A stretch of 40,246 bases of DNA from a virus, in the IMG/VR virus record IMGVR_UViG_3300048599_000191, positions 1 to 40,246 of that record; one strand, 5' to 3'. Made by a program: the position numbers and the translations under genes. The notes beneath the pieces are model-generated. The model was given only the letters and a program-made list of their open reading frames with translations. It had not been told where the DNA came from and made no database searches. Numbering within the stretch: the stretch's first letter is position 1; each line of letters starts with the position of its first letter. Shown one piece after another: positions 7,446 through 13,689 of the stretch.

Positions 7446-7900
7446 CGTGCGACCTCGCCGGTTTCGGCGAGCGGGACGATGGCGCGGCGCGCGAGGAACA
7501 ACTGGTGCTTCTGCGCCAGCGTCAGCCTGGGCTGCACGCCATGCCGGAAGGTCTTGCTCAGGCGCGAGCGGCGGCCGCCGTCCATGGGATGGGGCCCGAG
7601 GCCGGGTCCGGAAATCCCGCAATGGAATTTCCGCACGCGCTCGGCCTTCGCGACCGCCGGGATCACCACCTTGACGTTGTCGAGCTGGTTGCACTTCCGG
7701 TGACCGCAGCCAACGGATTTGCCGCCGAGCGCGCGCGGCACCGCGACGTGGGACACGTCCCAGGCCTGATCTGGGTAGACCGGCTGGTCGCAGTGGACAC
7801 AGAGCGGCAGGCGCCCGTGACCGGCGAGGTAGGCATTCGTGCTTTCGCGCGCCCAGATGTCGTCGCGCTTCTTGGTTCCGAATTTCCGCTTGTACGCCAT
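7442..7900 (-). CDS. HNH nuclease-like protein (152 aa)
   Basis: CVHCDQPV...WDVSHVAVPRALGGKSVGCGHRKCNQ (CxxC, His, GH..CN). First gene after the leftward promoter. Confidence 0.7.
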   Translation of the reverse strand: MAYKRKFGTKKRDDIWARESTNAYLAGHGRLPLCVHCDQPVYPDQAWDVSHVAVPRALGGKSVGCGHRKCNQLDNVKVVIPAVAKAERVRKFHCGISGPGLGPHPMDGGRRSRLSKTFRHGVQPRLTLAQKHQLFLARRAIVPLAETGEVAR

Positions 7901-7938
7901 GGCGTTCCCTCATGAGCGTTGTGAACGACTCAGAGGGT

Positions 7939-7957
7939 AATCCGAGAAATTCGGATT
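7939..7957. promoter_or_regulatory. Operator O1: AATCCGA-GAAAT-TCGGATT
   Basis: Perfect 7-bp inverted arms with a 5-bp spacer. Lies over the predicted start of leftward transcription. Confidence 0.6.
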
Positions 7958-7961
7958 TTCA

Positions 7962-7969
7962 ATTATAAT
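7962..7969. promoter_or_regulatory. ATTATAAT element giving a perfect TATAAT -10 on both strands (minus 7962-7967, plus 7964-7969)
   Basis: Read directly from the sequence. It sits between O1 and O2 in an AT-rich island. The -35 elements are poor. Confidence 0.45.
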
Positions 7970-7987
7970 ATCCGAATTTAACGGATT
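7969..7987. promoter_or_regulatory. Operator O2: TATCCGA-ATTTA-ACGGATT (2 mismatches to O1/O3)
   Basis: Same geometry as O1. Centre-to-centre distance to O1 is 30 bp. Confidence 0.5.
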
Positions 7988-8054
7988 TAGACTCCGCGAC
8001 CTTGGCGATCAGATACCGTGAGGTGCAAGTATTGCGCGTTCTCGGGGGCATGAA

Positions 8055-8309
8055 ATGATTTCAGAAGCAACGAGTTGGCACCGAAGGCAGGCGTTACAGA
8101 TCGCAGCGCAGCTGCCTGATGCGCCGGAAGATGCTCTCGCGGTACTGGCTTGTGCAAAAGAATTGGTGACGTTTTTTTTCGACGGACCGCCGGCTCCGCC
8201 GCATCCGCCGCCCCCGCGCGATCCGGCTGGTCAGTCGGTTTTGACGTTCCCAAAAACCCCTAAGCGACGGGCGAGTTCGAGGGGTAATCCTTCGGGTTTG
8301 CCGAAATAA
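8055..8309 (+). CDS. Possible small protein (84 aa, MISEATSWHRRQALQIAAQLPDAPEDALAVL...) convergent with and overlapping the repressor 3' end
   Basis: The ORF has a plausible helical N-terminal half. GC3 does not discriminate it from the opposite-strand ORF 7987-8253. Confidence 0.3.
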   Translation: MISEATSWHRRQALQIAAQLPDAPEDALAVLACAKELVTFFFDGPPAPPHPPPPRDPAGQSVLTFPKTPKRRASSRGNPSGLPK

Positions 8310-8590
8310 AGCCAGTCGAGCGACATTCCCGGAACCTTTCGCACTAAGCGAAATGCCGCGTCACGACTTAAGGGCTGCCCTTTCTCAAAGGGGTGGTAGG
8401 TGGTGTAGGGAATCTCCAAAAAAGCGGCAAACGACATGGCGGTTTCGTAGCCAAGCGTCTTCCTGAGCAGCTTCAGCCGCCCGGATTGATTGCCTATTTC
8501 GCCCTTCAGGACCTCTGAGGCGGATATCGTCTTCCGTCGCGCCATAACCCCGGAACGTGAGGCCAGACGGGATTCGAAGCTATCGAGCAT
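8231..8590 (-). CDS. XRE/CI-type HTH repressor (119 aa)
   Basis: LLRKTLGYETAMSFAAFLEIPYTTYHPFEKGQPLSRDAAFRLVRKVPGMSLDWLYFG is a typical Cro/CI HTH. Divergent from the Cro-like gene. No SD before 8590; alternative start at 8545. Confidence 0.8.
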   Translation of the reverse strand: MLDSFESRLASRSGVMARRKTISASEVLKGEIGNQSGRLKLLRKTLGYETAMSFAAFLEIPYTTYHPFEKGQPLSRDAAFRLVRKVPGMSLDWLYFGKPEGLPLELARRLGVFGNVKTD

Positions 8591-8605
8591 ATTCGTCTCG
8601 TTGCA

Positions 8606-8624
8606 AATCCGAATAAGTCGGATT
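8606..8624. promoter_or_regulatory. Operator O3: AATCCGA-ATAAG-TCGGATT
   Basis: Arms identical to O1. Located in the 45-bp gap between the divergent repressor and Cro-like genes. Confidence 0.6.
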
Positions 8625-8635
8625 AATCAGATTCC

Positions 8636-8926
8636 ATGGCAGCATCCCGTCGCGATTCGTCAGCCTTGACGACAACGGCCGAAGTGATCTCCGCGCTTGG
8701 TGGGCTTCGGCGAGTCTCGGCCCTAACCGGGGCGCATTACAAACTGGTGTCGGGATGGAGGCAGGCGCCGACATTTCCCGCCCGCTACTTTCTCGTGATG
8801 ACTTTTGCGCTTTCGCGGAAGCGCCTGAGTGCGCCGCCCGAATTGTGGAAGCAGGTGACGCCCAAAGAGCGGAAGAAAGCTCTCTCGGCGCTGATCGCCG
8901 AGCAAAAGCAAATGGTGGCGGCATGA
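8636..8926 (+). CDS. Cro/YdaS-like small DNA-binding protein (96 aa)
   Basis: Position and orientation opposite the repressor. GGLRRVSALTGAHYKLVSGWRQAPTFPARYFLVM resembles YdaS/Cro-type HTHs. Confidence 0.6.
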   Translation: MAASRRDSSALTTTAEVISALGGLRRVSALTGAHYKLVSGWRQAPTFPARYFLVMTFALSRKRLSAPPELWKQVTPKERKKALSALIAEQKQMVAA

Positions 8927-9003
8927 AGATACGCGTGCACATGCGCGAAGCAGATGTGGCGACTGCGCCAGAGTCGAATCCGCGTCCAGCGGTTTTTCGC
9001 CCC

Positions 9004-9012
9004 TGTGGATAA
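9004..9012 (+). promoter_or_regulatory. DnaA box 1, TGTGGATAA (perfect complement of TTATCCACA)
   Basis: Exact 9/9 match. The 11-mer TGTGGATAACT is shared with box 2. Confidence 0.6.
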
Positions 9013-9044
9013 CTTGGCCGGGCCGGCGCTCGCCATTTCGGCCT

Positions 9045-9053
9045 TGTGGATAA
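9045..9053 (+). promoter_or_regulatory. DnaA box 2, TGTGGATAA
   Basis: Exact 9/9 match, same orientation, 41 bp from box 1. Confidence 0.6.
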
Positions 9054-9120
9054 CTGATTTTCGCGTTTCCGGCGTTTTGTTGCGTCAGCGTCCCTATCCC
9101 TCCAAGACATTGAGACCGCT

Positions 9121-9303
9121 ATGACATTTCTGCGCGATCGGCGTGGCGCGCGCCCGCACCCCCGGAAAAGCGAGATCGATGCGCTGCCGTTCCTGCTCCC
9201 GACCTTCGTGATGCTGCTGATGCTGCTGATCGGAACCAGCATCGGGGCGGTGGGCGGTTTCCTGCTGGGCCTGGCCTCCGCATGGGCCGAGCTGCCGGGA
9301 TAG
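9121..9303 (+). CDS. Small membrane protein (60 aa)
   Basis: Very high GC3. Hydrophobic stretch LPFLLPTFVMLLMLLIGTSIGAVGGFLLGLASAW. Weak RBS. Confidence 0.5.
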   Translation: MTFLRDRRGARPHPRKSEIDALPFLLPTFVMLLMLLIGTSIGAVGGFLLGLASAWAELPG

Positions 9304-9307
9304 CGCC

Positions 9308-10186
9308 ATGGCGGGGCAGGGCGATATCGAACTCAACCGGCAGCGCGCGGCGCTGCTGGCGCCGGTGCCGACATGGACACCGGGGGCGAGGGCCCGACTG
9401 GTGGCGGCCATCCTGGATGGAGTCGTCAGCATCCAGGAGGTGTGCATCGCGCACCGGCTGCCCTCGGGCGAACTGTCCCGGCAGGTCAGGGCGTTCAGCC
9501 AGGGGTGCGACCCGGCGCGGCTGCCGCGCGTCGGCCCCCGATCGGCATGGCCGTTCGAAGGTCTGCGGATGTTCGGCTACGATCTGATCATGATCGATCC
9601 GCCGTGGCCGACGGAAATGCGCTCCCCCAAAGGCGAGGGCAAAAGCGCGGCGCGCCAGTACGGCCTCATGAGCTTCGAGGAGATCGCCGCGCTGCCGGTC
9701 AGCCAGCTGGCTGCCGATTCCTGCGTGGTGTTCGTCTGGGGGGTGTGGCCGCATGTGATGTATGGCGGCGCCCCCAGCCGGCGCTACGCGGATTTCGATG
9801 CGTCACGCTCGCCTATCGGCGCATGCATCGACGCCTGGGGCGCGCGCGTCGTGACTGGCGGGGCCTGGCGCAAGACGACCGTGAACGGCCACGTCTCTAT
9901 CGGCCCCGGCTATCGCGTGCGCTCGAGCTGCGAGCCATGGTTTCTCGCGGTGATAGGCAATCCGCGCGACAACTCGAAGGCGGCGCGCAATATCTTCGAC
10001 GGCCTGCGCCGCGAGCATTCCCGCAAACCGGAGGAAGCTTACGCCTGGTGCGAACGTTACATGCCCACAGCGCGTCGCGCCGAAATCTTCTCGCGCACGT
10101 CGCGTCCCGGCTGGGACACATGGGGCTATGAGGCCGGCAAGTTCGATCCCGTCGTGACCCTGGACGGCAACAGGGTGGCGGCATGA
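9308..10186 (+). CDS. MT-A70 family N6-adenine DNA methyltransferase with an ~85-aa N-terminal HTH-like extension
   Basis: IMIDPPWP catalytic motif, SRKPEE and GWDTWG motifs. The N-terminal TWTPGARARLVAAILDGVVSIQEVCIAHRLPSGELSRQVRAF resembles DUF1153/IS3-type HTHs (from memory). Confidence 0.8.
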   Translation: MAGQGDIELNRQRAALLAPVPTWTPGARARLVAAILDGVVSIQEVCIAHRLPSGELSRQVRAFSQGCDPARLPRVGPRSAWPFEGLRMFGYDLIMIDPPWPTEMRSPKGEGKSAARQYGLMSFEEIAALPVSQLAADSCVVFVWGVWPHVMYGGAPSRRYADFDASRSPIGACIDAWGARVVTGGAWRKTTVNGHVSIGPGYRVRSSCEPWFLAVIGNPRDNSKAARNIFDGLRREHSRKPEEAYAWCERYMPTARRAEIFSRTSRPGWDTWGYEAGKFDPVVTLDGNRVAA

Positions 10187-11088
10187 GCCGGGACAACGCA
10201 CACAACATGCGCGCCGCGCTCGCCGCCGCCCAGCGGCAAAAGCACCGGCGCTACGAGTGGACGAGGCTGCGCAACGATTTCGCCGACATGCCGATCTGGC
10301 GTGCCATCGCGCGAAAGACCGGCCTGCACCTGAGCTACGTCATTGCGGTGGTGGTGCGCCTGGAGGCGCTCGCCAACCGCTCAACCCCCCGCGGCTCGGT
10401 CGCGGAGATGAGTATCCCCGAGTTCGCCGCCTCCCTTGACCTTCGTCCCACCGTTGTCGCCCGTATCCGGGCTGCGCTGGAGGAGCCCGACATTGCCTGG
10501 ATCGACCAGGACTATGTCGTAGACTTCCACGAGCGCAATCCGGACCACGAGGATACGACCGCGGCAGAACGGCAACGCCGTCGCCGGGCGAAGCTCAAGC
10601 AGGAGCGGGAACGCGCGATGCTCCGCCCGCCGGCGACCGGCGACCCCCCCCAAGATGAACGTGTCACGCGTGACACCGTGACAGTCACGCGTGACATCGT
10701 GACAGTCACGCCCAGAGCAGACCAGACAATTCATAGTGGCGGTTCCGATGCGACGGAACCAGACGCCACATGCTCTGACGCGGACGAAGCCGTCAGCAGG
10801 GAAGACGCCGAGCACTGGTTGGCCACCGAGGGCTGCCAGGTGATCACGGAGCGCATGCGCATCCCGCCGCTGCAGGCGCGGACCGCGATCGCGCGCTGGC
10901 GCCGTCAGCTCGGCGAGGACCCGTTTGCCCTGGCGGCGATCATTCGTGCGGCGGCGGCCACCACGCTGGTCTCGGCGCAGTTTCACGTCCTGATCTCCGA
11001 TCAGATCAACCGTCGGCGGCTGGCGGAGAAGGGCCCGCCGCTGCCGATTCCGCCCGTGCCTCTGAAAAGGAGCTCGACCAATGGATAA
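10183..11088 (+). CDS. Putative replication-initiation / DNA-binding protein (301 aa) whose gene carries iteron-like repeats
   Basis: Position in the early-right operon. Winged-helix-like N-terminus, RRRRAKLKQERER linker, internal 21-bp tandem repeats. The function is inferred, not recognised. Confidence 0.45.
   Translation: MSRDNAHNMRAALAAAQRQKHRRYEWTRLRNDFADMPIWRAIARKTGLHLSYVIAVVVRLEALANRSTPRGSVAEMSIPEFAASLDLRPTVVARIRAALEEPDIAWIDQDYVVDFHERNPDHEDTTAAERQRRRRAKLKQERERAMLRPPATGDPPQDERVTRDTVTVTRDIVTVTPRADQTIHSGGSDATEPDATCSDADEAVSREDAEHWLATEGCQVITERMRIPPLQARTAIARWRRQLGEDPFALAAIIRAAAATTLVSAQFHVLISDQINRRRLAEKGPPLPIPPVPLKRSSTNG
10663..10712 (+). repeat. 2.4 tandem copies of a 21-bp unit GTCACGCGTGACA(C/T)CGTGACA (iteron-like)
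   Basis: Units at 10663-10683 and 10684-10704 differ at 1 base; a partial third unit spans 10705-10712. Seven GTCAC/GTGAC half-sites. Encodes VTRDTVT-VTRDIVT-VT. Confidence 0.85.
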
Positions 11089-11389
11089 CGCGACTCGCCT
11101 GCCGGATGCGGAGCTGCCAAGGCGCTCCGAAGCCCAGATGATCCTTGAACAGATGCGCGAAACCACGAGCCGGTTTCAGCGCATCGCCCTGCAGCTTGAT
11201 CACGTCATGCAAAGCATCAAGCGGTCGCCGCAGGACAGGTCTGCTGAGAACACTTCCGCGAGCAAAACCGGCGGCCCGCAGGGCGCCGCCGTGACGTTGT
11301 TCGAAAGTCTTGAGATGCTCGAGAACGAGAACGGGCGCGCGGCAACGAAACTGGAGGCGCAACTCAAGGCGCTCGAGAGCTGGTTCTGA
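11081..11389 (+). CDS. Hypothetical protein (102 aa)
   Basis: ORF overlaps its neighbours by 8 nt upstream and 1 nt downstream. Confidence 0.6.
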   Translation: MDNATRLPDAELPRRSEAQMILEQMRETTSRFQRIALQLDHVMQSIKRSPQDRSAENTSASKTGGPQGAAVTLFESLEMLENENGRAATKLEAQLKALESWF

Positions 11390-11652
11390 TGGCCATCACC
11401 ATCGCCAAAAACGACAATTACGGCTTCGCCGGCGGGCAGTTGAAAGCGATCGTCGAGCGTATCGAAAAGCTCGAGGAGGAGCGGAAGGCGATCGGCGACG
11501 ACATCAAGGACGTCTATGGCGAGGCCAAGGGCAGCGGTTTCGACGCCAAGGCGCTGCGCGCCATTGTCCGCATGCGCAAGCAGGATGTGGATCAACGCCG
11601 CCAGCATGAGGCTGTCCTGGAAATCTACATGCAGGCACTGGGGATGTTGTGA
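11389..11652 (+). CDS. DUF2312 / GapR-like nucleoid-associated protein (87 aa)
   Basis: GGQLKAIVERIEKLEEERKAIGDDIKDVYGEAKGSGFDAKALRAIVRMRKQD is the UPF0335/DUF2312 signature. Confidence 0.8.
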   Translation: MAITIAKNDNYGFAGGQLKAIVERIEKLEEERKAIGDDIKDVYGEAKGSGFDAKALRAIVRMRKQDVDQRRQHEAVLEIYMQALGML

Positions 11653-11951
11653 TGGGAAAATTCCGCAAGAAGCCCGTCGAGATCGAGGCATTTCAGATGA
11701 CGCGCGAGCGTCGGATGGATAATTCGGAATGGCCGAACTGGCTTCATTCAGCTTGGAATGAGGGGCGAAACAGTCCCGGCTCGTTACAGCGCGTCGATAT
11801 GGACGCGGCGATGCCCGACATGCTGCAAATCGTGACGCTGGAAGGACTGCACGTTGTTTCGTGGGGGGACTGGATTATCCGTGGCGTGAAAGGTGAGATC
11901 TACCCTTGCAAGCCCGACATTTTCGCCGCGACCTATGAGGAGGTTGTGTGA
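11652..11951 (+). CDS. Conserved small phage protein (FRKKPVEIEAFQ ... GDWIIRGVKGEIYPCKPDIFAATYE)
   Basis: Widespread phage motif pattern (PGDYG-like, from memory). A GTG at 11649 is an alternative start. Confidence 0.7.
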   Translation: MGKFRKKPVEIEAFQMTRERRMDNSEWPNWLHSAWNEGRNSPGSLQRVDMDAAMPDMLQIVTLEGLHVVSWGDWIIRGVKGEIYPCKPDIFAATYEEVV

Positions 11952-12466
11952 TGGAAAAGCTGAAACATGGCGCGCCGGAAGGCTTCAAGGGCAAAAAGAA
12001 CATCTACACCTGCGAGGCCTGTCACGGTCACATCGTGACGGTGGACGTCGACGAAGGCGTGACGCCGTTCATGCTGACTTGCAAAGCTCACGAGAGATGC
12101 AGCGGCACCATGCTCTCCAGTCTGTACTGTGTGTACGACCAGAGCATGGCCGCATCCCATGAATGGTATCGCCCCGCGTCCACGGCCGATCTCAGTCCCG
12201 GTCTGCTCGAACACGTTCTCAAGGGCGGGTTGCTGCTGCGCCCGGTCAAGCCCATGGGTCTCGGCATCGCGGCGGCCGCGCCAGATGCGCCGGCCCATGC
12301 CCGCGCGATCAACGACCTGAAGGAGCAGCTGCTGATCGTGCTGGTGAACCGGCTTGGCTCGGAGGTCTCCATTCCGGTCGAAGAAATTAACGAGACCGGT
12401 CCCTACGTCCTAGTGTTCTACGCGAAGGATGGTTCCTTCGAATTCCAGGTGCGGAAAAAACACTGA
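11951..12466 (+). CDS. Hypothetical protein with an N-terminal CxxC...C...C zinc-ribbon-like region (171 aa)
   Basis: YTCEACHGHIVTVDVDEGVTPFMLTCKAHERC. Last gene before an AT-rich gap. Confidence 0.65.
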   Translation: MEKLKHGAPEGFKGKKNIYTCEACHGHIVTVDVDEGVTPFMLTCKAHERCSGTMLSSLYCVYDQSMAASHEWYRPASTADLSPGLLEHVLKGGLLLRPVKPMGLGIAAAAPDAPAHARAINDLKEQLLIVLVNRLGSEVSIPVEEINETGPYVLVFYAKDGSFEFQVRKKH

Positions 12467-12483
12467 ATTCAAAACGATCCTCC

Positions 12484-12520
12484 AAAAACTTAAGTTTTTG
12501 CGGCAAGCAATTGCAATTGC
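12484..12520. promoter_or_regulatory. AT-rich regulatory gap with a 16-bp perfect palindrome AAAAACTTAAGTTTTT (12484-12499) and GCAATTGCAATTGC (12507-12520)
   Basis: Both palindromes read directly from the sequence. A possible promoter TTGCTA-N16-TAGGAT lies at 12517-12544. Confidence 0.45.
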
Positions 12521-12577
12521 TACTTTTTTCCCAACATGTAGGATGGGTTACCGGTGCCCGCCTTTTGGGGAGAGAGC

Positions 12578-12784
12578 ATGCCGTCGCGCAAGTGTCGGGA
12601 AGGGAACATCGTCTTTGTGCGGGCGAGGGTCCTGACCGCCGGCTCCGATTACTTTCAGGTGCGCGTCGAGGATCATCCGCGGTTCGCGATCACCCTGTGG
12701 GCGCCGGCACGCGAAATCGCGCGACTCGAGGATATCCCGGTCATGCGCGCCCTTCGACGAGAGCCCGATCCCGCCGGGTGTTAA
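12578..12784 (+). CDS. Hypothetical protein (68 aa)
   Basis: ATG preceded by GGGGAGAGAG. The upstream extension to 12554 lacks an RBS. Confidence 0.6.
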   Translation: MPSRKCREGNIVFVRARVLTAGSDYFQVRVEDHPRFAITLWAPAREIARLEDIPVMRALRREPDPAGC

Positions 12785-12858
12785 GAAGTCCGTAAACGGG
12801 AAGCCATAACCATGCACTAGCAAAGGGTTGGTGCAAGGTTTTCCAGGGTCAGCGCAGG

Positions 12859-13071
12859 ATGAGGCGGCGCGTTCCAGCGATGGGCTATCCGGTGCGGACG
12901 CCACACGTGCGGCGGGTTGCCGTGCCATTCGACGATGAAACCTTCGGGGACGTCCGCGCGCGGGCGGTGGCTGCGGGCACAAGCTTCGCCGAGCAGGCTC
13001 GGCAATTGGTCGAGTATGGGCTCGAATCCGTCCGCGCGGCGGAGGAGACGGATTCGCGTGGCGGTGTATGA
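12859..13071 (+). CDS. Ribbon-helix-helix (CopG/Arc-like) DNA-binding protein
   Basis: RRVAVPFDDETFGDVRARAVAAGTSFAEQARQLVEYGLE fits a beta-strand plus two helices. Start uncertain (12859 or 12880). Confidence 0.55.
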   Translation: MRRRVPAMGYPVRTPHVRRVAVPFDDETFGDVRARAVAAGTSFAEQARQLVEYGLESVRAAEETDSRGGV

Positions 13072-13660
13072 AATCGGTCAGATCGTCGGCTACGTGCCCC
13101 GTCCGCTGCCCTTGATCGGTGATGACGAGCGGCATTGGCATGTCGTCATCACCGAGCCATCGCAGGAGCGATCAACCGCCGAGCGGCTCGCCGATCGGCT
13201 GCAGCTGAAGCCCTATGTCCCGGTGGTGCACGCGCGAACAAACGCTGGTCGTGGGCGGACGCGTGAGATTTTGCGGCCGATGATTCCTAACTATTTGTTC
13301 CTGCCGTTGCCGTTCGCCGCCGCCGCCTGGCGGGAGGTGCGCAGAATACGCGGCTTCAGCGATTTTTTGCGCATTGATGACGGACCGCCGGCGCGGCTGT
13401 TGCCCGCGCAGATCGAGGCCATTCGTCTCACCGAACAAGAGCGGGATGCGAAGTGGCTGCGGCAGGCGCTGAGGAAAGGCGAAGGGCCTTATAAGGTCGG
13501 CCAGATGGTCTGGGCGGAAGTGCTGCCGTGGCAAAAAATGCTGGCGAACATCGCGAGCTTCGACGCCCGCGGTCGCGCCAACGTGATCCTCGAAATGGCG
13601 ATTCTCGGCCGCAAGGAATGGCCGGTGGAGCCGCAGATGCTGCAGCCCGTCGAGGTGTGA
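13058..13660 (+). CDS. NusG/RfaH-like transcription antitermination factor (NGN + KOW), GTG start
   Basis: WHVVITEPSQERSTAERLADRLQLKPYVPVV...MIPNYLFLPLP...GFSDFL (NGN-like) and VGQMVWAEVLPWQKMLANIASFDARGRANVILEMAILGR (KOW-like). GGAGGAG lies 8 nt before the GTG at 13058. Confidence 0.7.
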   Translation: MAVYEIGQIVGYVPRPLPLIGDDERHWHVVITEPSQERSTAERLADRLQLKPYVPVVHARTNAGRGRTREILRPMIPNYLFLPLPFAAAAWREVRRIRGFSDFLRIDDGPPARLLPAQIEAIRLTEQERDAKWLRQALRKGEGPYKVGQMVWAEVLPWQKMLANIASFDARGRANVILEMAILGRKEWPVEPQMLQPVEV

Positions 13661-13689
13661 GTCACACCCTTTCGATGTAGCCTTACAAT
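13655..13689 (+). promoter_or_regulatory. Palindrome GTGTGA-G-TCACAC (13655-13667) overlapping a candidate promoter GTCACA-N17-TACAAT (13661-13689)
   Basis: Hexamers and spacing read directly from the sequence. The -35 matches at only 4/6. Confidence 0.35.

Noticed and set aside
8923-9012. 29-codon ORF (MKIRVHMREADVATAPESNPRPAVFRPCG) coupled to the Cro-like stop and ending inside DnaA box 1
   Set aside because: It is too short and featureless to support. The ATGA overlap may be fortuitous. It is noted only because it would couple translation to the DnaA-box region.
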